Assembly (NCBI GenBank): GCA_050951925.1
Contig: JBMNJZ010000001.1
Span: 220,207-284,206, forward strand
From: Saccharofermentanales bacterium
GTDB taxonomy: Bacteria; Bacillota; Clostridia; Saccharofermentanales; DTU023
DNA length: 64,000 nt
Direction: 5' to 3'
Part shown: positions 1-10,174 of the stretch, one piece after another
Position numbering within the stretch: position 1 is the first letter of the stretch
How the letters are laid out: every line of letters starts with the position of its first letter
Program-made: the position numbers and the translations under genes
Notes under the pieces: generated by a model
Databases searched by the model: none
Told to the model about the DNA's origin: nothing
What the model saw: only the letters and a program-made list of their open reading frames with translations

Positions 1-1456
1 AGAGGGCGTCGTGGCCGATCAGGCGGACAATCTCTTCCAGTTCGGATTCTTCTTGTAGTAACTTCAGCGCATCCTGGCGCAATTTACTCCAGCGCGGAGT
101 GACATTTTCGTTCATCCAGCGGTCAATCTTATCGCTGTAGAGCGAATAACTGGTCAGCCAATTGATCGCCGGAAAGTGGCGCCTGTATGCCAGAGCTGAG
201 TCCAAACTCCAGAAAACCTGCACAATTCTGAGCGTGGACTGCGCCACCGGGTCGGAGAGGTCGCCGCCGGGTGGCGAGACGGCGCCGATCGCAGTCAGGA
301 TGCCCAGGCGATCGTCACTGCCCTGACAGCGGACCATTCCGGCTCTTTCGTAAAAGTTGGCGAGCCTGGAACCCAGGTAGGCGGGATAACCTTCTTCGCC
401 CGGCATTTCTTCCAGCCGGCCGGACATCTCGCGCAGAGCTTCAGCCCATCTCGAGGTGGAGTCCGCCATGATGGAAACCGAATATCCCATGTCGCGGAAA
501 TATTCGGCTATGGTGATGCCGGTATAGATGGAGGCTTCACGGGCGGCCACAGGCATATCCGAGGTATTGGCAATCAGGATGGTCCGCTTCATCAGGGGCT
601 CGCCGGTCTTCGGATCATCGAGGCGCGGGAATTCATTGAGGACGTCTGTCATCTCATTGCCGCGCTCGCCGCAGCCGATATAGACTACGACATCAGCCTC
701 GGCCCATTTGGCCAGCTGATGCTGGATTACGGTCTTGCCGCTGCCGAACGGCCCGGGTACAGCGGCTGTGCCGCCTTTGGCCACGGGGAAGAAAGTGTCT
801 ATAATGCGCTGACCCGTAATTAATGGTTCAAGCGGCGAAACTTTCTCTTTATAGGGACGGCCGATCCGCACAGGCCATTTTTGCATCAGGGACAGCTCAT
901 GCCTCACACCTTTGTCATCTTCCAGCAGTCCTATCGTATCGGCAACTGTATAGCGGCCGCTCTTGAGTTCAACAATCTTACCGCTCAAATTAGGGGGAAC
1001 CATTATGCGGTGCGCCAGCAGCACGGTCTCCTGAACAATGCCCAGAACATCCCCGCCAATAACTGCGGCACCCGGTTCAAGCTCGGCTTCAAACTCCCAT
1101 TCTTGTTCGCGATCCAGAGCGTAAGCGAAAGCGCCGCGCGTAATATTGCTGCCCTCGGTCTCGACCAACTTGTCCAGAGGACGCTGGATACCGTCAAAGA
1201 TACCGCTGATCAGGCCGGGTCCCAGCTCAACCGAAAGAGGTGAGCCGCGCGAGACTACTTCCTCGCCCGGACCAAGTCCCGCCGTCTCCTCATAGACCTG
1301 TATGGAAGCTTCATCACCGTGCATTTCGATGATTTCGCCAATCAGTTTTTTAGCGGATACTTCGACTACATCATACATTTCGGCATCGCGCATCCCCTTG
1401 GCTATAACCAGAGGACCTGACACCTTAATGATTTTGCCTCGACTTCGATTATCCAT
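1..1456 (-). CDS. ntpA: V/A-type ATP synthase subunit A (partial, runs off the left edge)
   Basis: Manual translation from ATG at 1456 gives [17 protein letters not shown]. Walker A GPFGSGKT lies near 735-760 and GCGERGNE near 660-680. It directly follows subunit F. Confidence 0.95.
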   Translation of the reverse strand, partial: MDNRSRGKIIKVSGPLVIAKGMRDAEMYDVVEVSAKKLIGEIIEMHGDEASIQVYEETAGLGPGEEVVSRGSPLSVELGPGLISGIFDGIQRPLDKLVETEGSNITRGAFAYALDREQEWEFEAELEPGAAVIGGDVLGIVQETVLLAHRIMVPPNLSGKIVELKSGRYTVADTIGLLEDDKGVRHELSLMQKWPVRIGRPYKEKVSPLEPLITGQRIIDTFFPVAKGGTAAVPGPFGSGKTVIQHQLAKWAEADVVVYIGCGERGNEMTDVLNEFPRLDDPKTGEPLMKRTILIANTSDMPVAAREASIYTGITIAEYFRDMGYSVSIMADSTSRWAEALREMSGRLEEMPGEEGYPAYLGSRLANFYERAGMVRCQGSDDRLGILTAIGAVSPPGGDLSDPVAQSTLRIVQVFWSLDSALAYRRHFPAINWLTSYSLYSDKIDRWMNENVTPRWSKLRQDALKLLQEESELEEIVRLIGHDAL

Positions 1457-1471
1457 CGGACCCTCCCAGAT

Positions 1472-1798
1472 TTATCTAATATCGCCCAGCAAGTCGATGC
1501 CTGTAGCTTTGCGCACCGCTCTTCTGAGCTGCTCTTTGCCAATATTGGTTTTTTCTTTAGCTGACGGTATCAGGATAATAGCCGGAATTCTGTGTTGGCG
1601 CCGCTCCTCGATAAAGCTTCGTACAGAGGAATCTATTGCCAGAGGTTCCGTCAGGAATACGATAGCGTATTCCTCATCTACCATCAGTTGAAGTGCTTCC
1701 AGCACTTCGGCCGGCTTTATCACCGGCTTCACAGTCATGCCGAGGGCACGGTAGCCGATAATGCTGTCAAGATCGCCGATTACGCCAACTTTATGCAT
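1472..1798 (-). CDS. V/A-type ATP synthase subunit F
   Basis: 108 aa starting MHKVGVIGDLDSIIGYRALG and ending RRAVRKATGIDLL; sits between subunits C and A. Confidence 0.92.
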   Translation of the reverse strand: MHKVGVIGDLDSIIGYRALGMTVKPVIKPAEVLEALQLMVDEEYAIVFLTEPLAIDSSVRSFIEERRQHRIPAIILIPSAKEKTNIGKEQLRRAVRKATGIDLLGDIR

Positions 1799-1801
1799 CT
1801 G

Positions 1802-2833
1802 CTACCTCCAGTCCGGATAGCTGCTCCGCCGCAGCGTCTTGACCCGCGCCTCGGGCAGGTGATTCCGCAATGCCGATAGAGCTATGCGGATATTCTTCAT
1901 TTCCATCTCGCGGCCGAACAGATACGCCAGGGTAATTTCAGGACCGTTCAAGCTCATGCCGCCTTCATATATATGTTGCATCAGAAGCTCATCCCCCGCG
2001 CTGCTGTAGGCAGAAGAAACACCCGGTTGGCCGTATTCTTCCACAAAGCCGGCCAGACTTCTGTAATTGCCGCGGAGCAGATACCATTTCAGTTCTCCGC
2101 TCCCCATGTCCAGAGCCGTTTTCAACCAGTCGTGGCTGAGTTCTCCTGCCGGCAGTAGGCTGTCCGCGAACAGCTTGGCGCCCAGATTCCTGAGCCTCGA
2201 CCGCAATAGCGTCTCCAGATTGATCAGATCGCGCTTTAATGACAGCCATTCTGTCAGCCAGGCGTTTTTAAGTTCCGAAGCCTGTTCCAAAGCTCTCTGA
2301 TGTAAGCCTTTATCAATGGTCAGATCAATTCTGGCAGCATCATAGCTGGCGGTATAGGCTGCTTCCGCCTCCCGCGCCAGAACGGGGATCCATTCCGGCA
2401 AGCGGCGGAAATCGTTTTCCTGAACTGCCCGGCTCAAATGCTCCGGATCGACCTGCGCCGGCTTAAGCATCAGATAACTGAGCTCCGCAAATGTCCGGGG
2501 ATTCTCGGCTGCCAGCTTTTCTTTCAGCAGGGTTTTCAAATTCTGACCATCAGTAAAAGATAGCAGCAAGTCGCGATAGCGCTCGTCAGGAGCAACCTCG
2601 GATAAAATTCGATCCAGTCTGATTTTTTCAGCCTCCAACGCCTGTTCGATTTCTCCCTGCTGGTAGCCATATTCCACCAGCACATGAGATAGGGCTTCTT
2701 CATCCGGAGCCAGGAACATACGGTCCTGACCCTCCCGCCCCATCAGACCCATCTCTAAAGCTCGGATGCGTCCGGTAGCATAGCGCCAGGGAGTGGATTT
2801 TTTGTAGTTTTTAGGCAATTTAGACATCTTCAA
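1802..2833 (-). CDS. ntpC: V/A-type ATP synthase subunit C
   Basis: 343 aa with N-terminal YATGRIRALE and C-terminal REMEMKNIRI motifs; operon position fits. Confidence 0.9.
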   Translation of the reverse strand: MKMSKLPKNYKKSTPWRYATGRIRALEMGLMGREGQDRMFLAPDEEALSHVLVEYGYQQGEIEQALEAEKIRLDRILSEVAPDERYRDLLLSFTDGQNLKTLLKEKLAAENPRTFAELSYLMLKPAQVDPEHLSRAVQENDFRRLPEWIPVLAREAEAAYTASYDAARIDLTIDKGLHQRALEQASELKNAWLTEWLSLKRDLINLETLLRSRLRNLGAKLFADSLLPAGELSHDWLKTALDMGSGELKWYLLRGNYRSLAGFVEEYGQPGVSSAYSSAGDELLMQHIYEGGMSLNGPEITLAYLFGREMEMKNIRIALSALRNHLPEARVKTLRRSSYPDWR

Positions 2834-3411
2834 TCTTTCTCAAGCAACTCTGCCGCCAGTTGAGCTAGCTCTGCTCTTGAGTTGCGAATAGCCAGATCAT
2901 AAGTGAGATTATCCTCAATCCTACCTTGTCGGACCACAAGCCCGGCTCTAAAATTCCCGGCGGCCGAAGCTAAGGTGAATTTGTCGCCTAATTGTCCGAG
3001 CAAGGACGGACCCAGTTCCTGATCCACTTCCGGCAACATAATCTCGCCACCTGTCAGCTCTCTTGACTTGATCATCTGAAGATAGCGATCAACTTTCTCC
3101 TCGGCAGGATCAGATGCCAGTTTATCAAGAGCCGCCTCGATCAGATCCTCGACCTGAAGTTGCCGTTTCTGGAGATTGTCTTTTCTATGCTCCGAACGAA
3201 CCAGACTTTCCCCGCGCGCCAGTATATTAGCAGCATCCTCCTTGGTCCGGGTACGGCTATTTTCCAGAATTTCGTCGGCGGTAGTTTCAGCGGCGGCAAT
3301 CATACCCGTTGCTTTCTCTTCCGCTTCCGCTTCAATTCGGGCAGCGGTTGCTCGGGCATCGGCAATAATACGGGCAATAATCTTGTCAAGACCTTCCATA
3401 GGCTGATCCAC
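2830..3411 (-). CDS. ntpE: V/A-type ATP synthase subunit E
   Basis: GLDKIIARIIADA coiled-coil N-terminus and C-terminal GLVVRQGRIEDNLTYD; operon position fits. Confidence 0.9.
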   Translation of the reverse strand: MDQPMEGLDKIIARIIADARATAARIEAEAEEKATGMIAAAETTADEILENSRTRTKEDAANILARGESLVRSEHRKDNLQKRQLQVEDLIEAALDKLASDPAEEKVDRYLQMIKSRELTGGEIMLPEVDQELGPSLLGQLGDKFTLASAAGNFRAGLVVRQGRIEDNLTYDLAIRNSRAELAQLAAELLEKD

Positions 3412-3902
3412 TACTTGATATTGAGCACTGCGAGTACAGTAGCCAGTAAGGCGAGAATCGCATAAGTCTCAACCATGGCAGCCAGAATAATCCCCTTGGC
3501 CTGCTCATCTGGTCTTTGCGCGATCAGCGCGATGCCTGCTTCGGAAACCTTCCCCTGATATATGGCGGAGAAGTAGCCAACAAGAGTGATGGGCATCGCT
3601 GCCAGAAAATACAGGAGACCGGTCTGCCAGCTGATAGCATAATTACCGGCCATGAGGCCGGATGCGCTCATAATCATGAACCAGCTCAAAAGTCCGTAGA
3701 TACCCTGTGTGCCGGGCAAGGCCTGCAAAATCAGCATCTTTCCGAATTTTTCGGGATCTTCAGTTAGGACACCGGCGGCAACTTCGCCTACACTACCTAC
3801 GGCCTTGGCGGATCCTATGCCGGGTAGAGCCGCAGCCAAGCTTGCCCCCAATATAGTAAGTCCCGGTCCGATCAATTCTGCAAAACTCATAATTTCCTCC
3901 AT
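3411..3902 (-). CDS. ntpK: V/A-type ATP synthase subunit K (c-ring proteolipid), Na+-type motif
   Basis: Four-TM 163 aa protein with LPGTQGIYG, YQGK and MVETYA motifs as in Enterococcus hirae NtpK. Confidence 0.95.
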   Translation of the reverse strand: MEEIMSFAELIGPGLTILGASLAAALPGIGSAKAVGSVGEVAAGVLTEDPEKFGKMLILQALPGTQGIYGLLSWFMIMSASGLMAGNYAISWQTGLLYFLAAMPITLVGYFSAIYQGKVSEAGIALIAQRPDEQAKGIILAAMVETYAILALLATVLAVLNIK

Positions 3903-4028
3903 CTATGTCTTTCTCAATCCGGTTTTCGCCGGATCTTTATTGAAATTATTTACAGCGTCTCGGCGCTGTTTATTATTTATTGTCTATCGCAATCCCAGGC
4001 GATAATTATCGCCCTCCGGCGGCTGCCG

Positions 4029-6014
4029 TTAAGCAGCCCCCTGCTGCCGTTCTTGTTCTGCTTCATTCCTAATGCTGTAATATTTGGTTTTGCGCCGCAA
4101 CGGTTTAAAGAACTGCCCGCCGCCCCCGAAGAATTTACCGAACATCTCAACATATTGGAGACGGCTGGCATGGACATAGGCAGACAAGCCGGACAAGGCA
4201 AGGTTCAAAGTATGCCCCAACAAACCGACCACAACAAACATAATATAGCCGATCGGGGTAGGGCCGAGCAGGAAGCCCAATTTGTTCACAACAATGGCAA
4301 TGACGCTGGTAGCCAACACCAAGGCCAGAATACGCGTGTAAGACAGAATGTCACCTAGAAAACCGGTCACATCGTATAGAGATACAATACCTTTGAAAAG
4401 GCGCACGATCGGGTTTTTGGCCTCTCGTCCGCCGAACAAGACCACAACGGCTGCACCGGCCAGTGCCAGATAAATGCCGATACTGCTGCTAATGTCTGAA
4501 GCGGCGCCCAGAGCTCCGGTAGTACCGCCGGCATAGAGCAACAGTCCGCCGACAATCATATACCAGGGCACAACATCCAATAAGCCGCCCAGCAGATCAC
4601 CCTGCAGACGGGCATTCTTAATCTGCAGGCCCATGCCGAAGAACAGATGCACTACACCGAACAGCATGCTGAAAATCATCAGCTTCATAGCATCTTCCAT
4701 CGGATCAAACCAGAGGGCAGGGAAATTAATGCGGCCCTCTGACACAACTGTCAGCATATCGCCAAAGAAACCGCCGAAGACAGCGCCCCAGACTACCGAA
4801 GAAATGCCACTGATAAAGAGCATCTTCGTCATCTCCTGCAACTCGCCTTTAACTTTAAATTTCCAGAGCAACAAGGCGCAAAGGCCGACCAAAGCAAGGC
4901 CATAGCCGACATCTGACAACATCATGCCGAACAAAAGCATATAGAACGGGGCCATCACAGGTGTGGGGTCAGCTTCTTCCGCATTGGGAGCGCCGAACAT
5001 GGCCAAAATAATCTCAAAATTCCGGTTCAGAGGATTATTCTTCAATTTGATCGGATAATTTTCCGATTTTTGACCGGCTACGCAGGAAATCGCAACATCA
5101 TGCTCAGCTTGAAGTGTTTTGATCAAGTCTGCCGTTTGTTCGTGCGGCACCCAACCTCTGAGCCAGAATGTAGAGGCGGATCCCGAGAGGTCAGCTGCTG
5201 CTGAATCTCTCTCCAGCAGAACACGATAATAGTCTTCCAGCAGCCAAAACGACGAGCGTTTTTCTGCCAGCTGAGACAATTGCTCAAAAATATGCTTCAA
5301 TTCCGTTTCCGCATCATCGATTCGGCTCTGCAGGGCGGAAATAATCTTATTAGGCCTATCGGTGCGCAGCGCTGCCGGTACGGCATGGAAATCGGCAGCT
5401 TGAATCAGCAATCTGGAATGCGCGGCTTCTTCGCGCAACATAATAATCACAGCCAGAATTCCAGTCTCAACAGTGCGCAAGCGGATAATCTGAGTTTCAG
5501 GAGCATCTTCAGCCAGTTGTGTTTCCAGCTTTTCCAGCTCAATCGGATCGGAGAAAATGCCATAGCTGATCTCCGTTCTTTGCGTACCGGACACAGAGAG
5601 ATCAAGGGCAAGATCCTGCCAGCAGGAAATCTGATTATAGCTCTCCTGCAAAGAGATAAGATCCTGTTTGCGGCCGGCTTCCGCGGAGACAAGCTTCTCC
5701 CACTGCTCCAGTTCTTCCAATGTCCCGGCCTCGGCCGCTGCCGAAACCATGAACTCGCTTTCGCTAATATCGACCTTGCTTTTGAATAGGCTGCCTTTCT
5801 GAAGCGGGAAACGCCTGTCCATCTGTAAAGTCGCCATCTCCAGGCGGCTCAGACACTGCTCCAACTCCATCCTGTCAGCAGTAGAAACCGACTCGGTCTC
5901 GTCCTCGCGGGATATAATCTCCAGCACACCAGTGCGCATCAAGGTATCCAGGACGGCATTGCGGTCAGAAGCCAGGCCTACGACCGTTATTTTGTCCATC
6001 TCAACGATTGCCAA
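4029..6014 (-). CDS. ntpI: V/A-type ATP synthase subunit I
   Basis: 661 aa starting MAIVEM, with DPTP, FGMMLSDVGYG, DILSYTRILAL and RLQYVEMFGKF motifs. Confidence 0.95.
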   Translation of the reverse strand: MAIVEMDKITVVGLASDRNAVLDTLMRTGVLEIISREDETESVSTADRMELEQCLSRLEMATLQMDRRFPLQKGSLFKSKVDISESEFMVSAAAEAGTLEELEQWEKLVSAEAGRKQDLISLQESYNQISCWQDLALDLSVSGTQRTEISYGIFSDPIELEKLETQLAEDAPETQIIRLRTVETGILAVIIMLREEAAHSRLLIQAADFHAVPAALRTDRPNKIISALQSRIDDAETELKHIFEQLSQLAEKRSSFWLLEDYYRVLLERDSAAADLSGSASTFWLRGWVPHEQTADLIKTLQAEHDVAISCVAGQKSENYPIKLKNNPLNRNFEIILAMFGAPNAEEADPTPVMAPFYMLLFGMMLSDVGYGLALVGLCALLLWKFKVKGELQEMTKMLFISGISSVVWGAVFGGFFGDMLTVVSEGRINFPALWFDPMEDAMKLMIFSMLFGVVHLFFGMGLQIKNARLQGDLLGGLLDVVPWYMIVGGLLLYAGGTTGALGAASDISSSIGIYLALAGAAVVVLFGGREAKNPIVRLFKGIVSLYDVTGFLGDILSYTRILALVLATSVIAIVVNKLGFLLGPTPIGYIMFVVVGLLGHTLNLALSGLSAYVHASRLQYVEMFGKFFGGGGQFFKPLRRKTKYYSIRNEAEQERQQGAA

Positions 6015-6321
6015 TAAGATTCACGATCCTTTCTGACAATTCAGCAATAGCTTCGGCTTTCAACGCCGCAGGCAGATCAGCCCGGGCAGACCGGCGATCC
6101 TCTTCCAGCTGTTCCAACATAGATTTATACGCAGCCTCAGCTTGAGACAGCTCTTCCTGCCGCTCAGATCCGGCCTGTGCGCCGGCAGCGGCAATGATCT
6201 CATCCGCTCTGCGCAAGGCCTCACTGTTGATCTCAGAGGCTTTATGCTCAGCATCAGCAATAATAGTTTCCGCCTCCGCCTCGGCTTGTTTAATTGCTTC
6301 TAAAAACTGTTCTGAGGCCAC
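6001..6321 (-). CDS. V/A-type ATP synthase peripheral stalk subunit (G/H)
   Basis: 106 aa coiled coil (EAIKQAEAEAETIIADA), first gene of the operon, GTG start after a GGAGG RBS. Confidence 0.85.
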   Translation of the reverse strand: MASEQFLEAIKQAEAEAETIIADAEHKASEINSEALRRADEIIAAAGAQAGSERQEELSQAEAAYKSMLEQLEEDRRSARADLPAALKAEAIAELSERIVNLIGNR

Positions 6322-6581
6322 TTTGCTTCCTCCATTTCTACCGGGTCAAAAGCTGTCAGATCTAGTCTGTCGTTCCCTGACACAAAATCAATTCTGAATA
6401 AACGATATTCTAACATACAACTGAGAGTTTGTGATTCATATATAAGTTAATTTGAGTCAATATAAGATAATATGAATCAATAAACAACTAATCCCGCCCA
6501 ATCCGCAGCAAATATGGTCGTCAAGCGCAAATTAACAGCCGTAAAACCCCAGGCCGGAAGATAAATTGAGATATAACCAGA

Positions 6582-7898
6582 CTAAATCCAGAGACTTTTG
6601 TCCGTCATCAGCCAATCGTGAACAATTATCGGCACCGATTTGGTTTCAGGAGTGAAGACCCAGGTGCCGGACTTATTAGCCTGGCGGAAATTCTTGCCAT
6701 AGCTTGCATAAAGGCCGGTCTGTCCGCTGCGGGGAAAGCTTAGTTCATCCTCCGGGATCTTCTGCCCGGCCGCGGGCGTAAACCGAAGCCTGGTCTGATC
6801 AAGCGAAATCGTGCCCGCAACAGCGGGCTCGGCTGATTGGCCTTCACGCCTGGTAACATAGGCAGCAAAAGTCAGAACCGTATCCGGCTTAGTCGCAAAT
6901 AAGGTTGCCAATTGTTCTTGCTGCCACTGATGCCAGCTGCCGGGCCGATCGAAAAACGGCGCTCCGGCCGCCTCGCCGGGAATGAAGAAACCGTCCAGCC
7001 CAAGCCGCAGCTCCCAGCCGCAATGACGACAAACCAGAGTCCGTCCCGTGCTCTCTATCGCTTGCATTTGGAGGCAAGCAGGGCAATGGTGCAGAATACT
7101 TTCCAGACCATCTGCCGGTCTGCGAGTCAGATATTTCCCTGGTTTTTTGCGCGACAGTTGAAAATCATAGTCGGAGACATTAAGCGCTGCTTTGACTTTA
7201 AGGTGGATTTCCTCAGCAGTCATTTGCTTGACTTCCTCAGCTGTCAGGATAATATCGCTACTGACAGTTATCTTGCCCGGTCTGACAAAGGTCGTCGACC
7301 AACGCGGCCAAGCCAGATAAGCGCCCCGGAATATCACTGCGCCGACTGCGACACCGGCTCTTTTAACCAGACGGGAGAACTGCGGATCCAGATAGTTGGG
7401 ATCACCATTGACCGAGCGCTGACCCTCAGGGAAAATCATAATCTTCCTGCCCTTTTGCAGCGCCCTGATCAGAAGCATCACAGTCCTGACGTCAGGTTGA
7501 AACTGCTTCTTGGGAATGACTCTCAGATACTCGAGAAATTTTTCCGTCTTTTTGTTATAGATGAAGTCTCCGCTTACGAAGTGCATACGCTTCCAACCGG
7601 CGCCGACAATCGCTAAGGGAGCATCCAGATAACTGCCATGATTTCCGATTATAATCATAGCTCCCTGATGACGCCTAAAATTGCGGCTTCTGCAATAACT
7701 GGCTCTGAACAGGATTTTGGATACAAGCCAGCAAACTATATAAGCTGCGCCATAGACCAGAGCATTGGGCGCCTTGGACACATCTTTCCGAGTCTTATTA
7801 TCGACTGTCATGGTTTTGGATGTTTTGCTGACGCCGTTAGAATCGGTTTTTTTAGTCTCATTATCCGCTGGCATGCCTATATCCTCCACATGGTTCAA
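6582..7898 (-). CDS. lysophospholipid / 1-acyl-sn-glycerol-3-phosphate acyltransferase family protein
   Basis: NHGSYLD (NHX4D) and IFPEG motifs, plus C-terminal CPAC...CRHC zinc-finger-like extension. Confidence 0.85.
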   Translation of the reverse strand: MNHVEDIGMPADNETKKTDSNGVSKTSKTMTVDNKTRKDVSKAPNALVYGAAYIVCWLVSKILFRASYCRSRNFRRHQGAMIIIGNHGSYLDAPLAIVGAGWKRMHFVSGDFIYNKKTEKFLEYLRVIPKKQFQPDVRTVMLLIRALQKGRKIMIFPEGQRSVNGDPNYLDPQFSRLVKRAGVAVGAVIFRGAYLAWPRWSTTFVRPGKITVSSDIILTAEEVKQMTAEEIHLKVKAALNVSDYDFQLSRKKPGKYLTRRPADGLESILHHCPACLQMQAIESTGRTLVCRHCGWELRLGLDGFFIPGEAAGAPFFDRPGSWHQWQQEQLATLFATKPDTVLTFAAYVTRREGQSAEPAVAGTISLDQTRLRFTPAAGQKIPEDELSFPRSGQTGLYASYGKNFRQANKSGTWVFTPETKSVPIIVHDWLMTDKSLWI

Positions 7899-7975
7899 GT
7901 CTAATTTCGCAATCTTGTCACAATTTATACCACAATTAAGGGTAATATAATCTCTGGACAGAAGAAAGGGACCTT

Positions 7976-8983
7976 ATGGCAAGATATTGTTTCTATTGCG
8001 GCAAGGAATTGGCCGACGAAGAAAAATGCCGCTGTCGCGAGCAAGCTTACTACGCCCATATAGCTACCGACTCCGGGCAGTCCGAAAGCCGGTCTGAAAG
8101 CCGCAGCTCAGGATCAAATCGGCAAAGCAGCTATCAAGGCAGCCATGCGCAGCAGAGTAGCTCCTCCGATAGTTCCCGGCAGAAAGGTTATTACTCGTCA
8201 GGCTCCGGTCAGAGTGGCGCCGGCGGTTACAGTCAACGAGATTCATACGGCTATAGCCGTCAAGACAGCAGCAATAGTCGCAGACACTCCGGCTTTAGCA
8301 GCCTGTTCAGCCGTCTGCATAGGAGAAGAGCCTGGCCCAGCGGCGGCGCTGCCGCTTCTTCTGTGCCCGGCGCTGTTTTCGGTATCACCGGCTGGATTAC
8401 CGCCCCGGCAGACAAGATTAGAACCGAAGCTCTTAACCCCAAGCGCAATCGGATCGCACCCGTGCCACTAGCTCTGAATCTGATCTTTCTTATGCTTTGG
8501 TTTGCTTTTTTCTATTACCGCATCGCCCATTCGCTATCCCTATTCAATTCAAGTATTGCCAGCCCTGAGATCAGCCGTCTTTTGCTTTACTCATTGCTGA
8601 TCTCCCTCTTTCTCTGTCTGATGGAAGTATTCCTAATCTGGCTGCTGCTCAAATTGATGGCCAAGCTGACTGTCACTTATCTGGATGTTTTGCGTCGCAG
8701 CCGTTCCGCCTTCATCTATCTGCTACTCTTCGTCCTTCTGGCTCTAGGCAGCGTCTCTACCATACCCATGACCAGCCTGGCCGTGGTCATCTCCGGCTTT
8801 TTCTTTGCCATCTATGTCCACATCCGCACCCTGGTCTATACCTACAAATTGAGCGGCAATATGCAGCTGCGCCTGATGGTCTTCACTATGATCCTGTTCG
8901 CTGCCCTCTTTGCTTTGGTCGAGCGTCTGATCCCCATCCTGATCAGGGTCGCCGTCGTGACCCCAAACAATTCCATCGTGTAG
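7976..8983 (+). CDS. hypothetical membrane protein: N-terminal Cys ribbon, Ser/Gly-rich linker, Yip1-like multi-TM domain
   Basis: Begins MARYCFYCG...CRC, followed by a low-complexity S/G/Q region and about 5 hydrophobic helices. Confidence 0.65.
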   Translation: MARYCFYCGKELADEEKCRCREQAYYAHIATDSGQSESRSESRSSGSNRQSSYQGSHAQQSSSSDSSRQKGYYSSGSGQSGAGGYSQRDSYGYSRQDSSNSRRHSGFSSLFSRLHRRRAWPSGGAAASSVPGAVFGITGWITAPADKIRTEALNPKRNRIAPVPLALNLIFLMLWFAFFYYRIAHSLSLFNSSIASPEISRLLLYSLLISLFLCLMEVFLIWLLLKLMAKLTVTYLDVLRRSRSAFIYLLLFVLLALGSVSTIPMTSLAVVISGFFFAIYVHIRTLVYTYKLSGNMQLRLMVFTMILFAALFALVERLIPILIRVAVVTPNNSIV

Positions 8984-9028
8984 TCAGTATATTCAAGCAC
9001 AATACGCGCCCTATCCCATAACACAGAA

Positions 9029-9063
9029 AATGGGGAGCGCCTCATCTTGAGACGGCCCCCATT
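9029..9063. terminator. probable terminator hairpin between convergent genes
   Basis: Imperfect stem AATGGGG...CCCCATT between the stops at 8983 and 9099. Confidence 0.5.
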
Positions 9064-9098
9064 ATCGCTTGCTATTTATAATAACAGTCGGCTTTGAT

Positions 9099-9986
9099 TT
9101 AATCTCTTTGCATCGATACTCTCTTCTTGTTAATGAAGAAGATTAATCCGCCTGCGGATAAGAGTATTAGCGCTAGCCATTGATAATGTCCGCTACTCTC
9201 TCCTGTTTTCGGGTAGGTCTCCTTATTCTTGGAGGTCAGAGGGTTTATCCGCTTCTCCGAACCGGGTTTTTCCTGCCCGCATACACTACAGACCTCAATT
9301 GACTTCCCGGCTTTCGTATCGGTGGGTTTTACTTTGACCTTCCTCTCCCACTGGTGTTCCAAAGCAGCTATCGTTTCCTCCGAGCCAGGTTTTTCCTGCC
9401 CGCATATGCTACAGACCTCAATTGACGTCCCGGATTTCGTACAGGTGGGCGCGTCTTTGACCTTTCTCTCCCATTCGTGTTCCCCGTTAGGACTATCCGG
9501 ACAGTTCTTCGGTGTCGGCGACGGTGTCGGCGGCGAAGCGCTGTAAGGCTCCAGGCTTTCGATATTCTTGTCTTTGTCGAGCTTCACTTTGTAGAGATTT
9601 GACCAGGCGGAGTATACGTTCACTGAACCGGAATCGCCGTACTTTACCCCAATGTATACTGTCTTATTTGTCATGTCACGAGGATGTGAGCTGTCCGCAA
9701 AGTCTATACCCATGGTATTCATCGGACTGGAAACCTGCCCGCATAATGAGGTATCCGTCATATCCGCGGTAAACGATACCTCCCATTCTGAATACCAGCC
9801 CGAGGGCGGCAGAGGAGTCCAACTCAGGGCCATGGTGCTCTGCCCTATGGTGCCCGAAACAGTGAGATGCGGTGGAGTCGGCGTCGACTCCGCAAGCACT
9901 TCGCCCGCCATGCCCGGCAGGGGTACTAATACCGACAATACAAGCACAAGCAACCAGGCAAGCATTCTTTTCTTTTTCATCATCAT
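9099..9986 (-). CDS. sortase-anchored surface protein (LPXTG-like YPKTG) with Cys-rich repeats
   Basis: Signal peptide, FN3-like beta domain, Pro/Thr linker, two 41-aa H..PTCT..G..C..CG repeats, then YPKTG, a TM helix and a basic tail. Confidence 0.8.
   Translation of the reverse strand: MMMKKKRMLAWLLVLVLSVLVPLPGMAGEVLAESTPTPPHLTVSGTIGQSTMALSWTPLPPSGWYSEWEVSFTADMTDTSLCGQVSSPMNTMGIDFADSSHPRDMTNKTVYIGVKYGDSGSVNVYSAWSNLYKVKLDKDKNIESLEPYSASPPTPSPTPKNCPDSPNGEHEWERKVKDAPTCTKSGTSIEVCSICGQEKPGSEETIAALEHQWERKVKVKPTDTKAGKSIEVCSVCGQEKPGSEKRINPLTSKNKETYPKTGESSGHYQWLALILLSAGGLIFFINKKRVSMQRD
9256..9483. repeat. intragenic tandem duplication, 123-bp period
   Basis: 9256-9360 and 9379-9483 are near-identical (ggtttttcctgcccgcat...acagacctcaattgac...). 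Confidence 0.9.
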
Positions 9987-10134
9987 CTAAATCTCCTTGT
10001 CCTTTGTTCATTCCTTCAGCTAACAAGTGTTATTTTTGAAATAACTGTATCGTTATACTGTAGTGACGAGCAATCGCCCGTCTCTCAGAATTTGATTTCA
10101 TCTTACGGTCATGGAACTGTTTAAACAATATACT

Positions 10135-10174
10135 GGTCGTATTCGGTCGTTTTTGGTCGTATTCGGTCATAAAG
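10135..10174. repeat. four 10-bp tandem units (TATTCGG / CCGAATA array, left copy)
   Basis: ggtcgtattc ggtcgttttt ggtcgtattc ggtcataaag. Confidence 0.8.

Noticed and set aside
6322-6581. Na+ (DUF1646) riboswitch or Rex box upstream of the V-ATPase operon
   Set aside because: Only fragmentary similarity; neither consensus could be laid onto the sequence.
10118-10135. TGTTTAAACAA resembling a Tn7-like transposon end
   Set aside because: No matching terminus at the other array, no target-site duplication and no tns genes.
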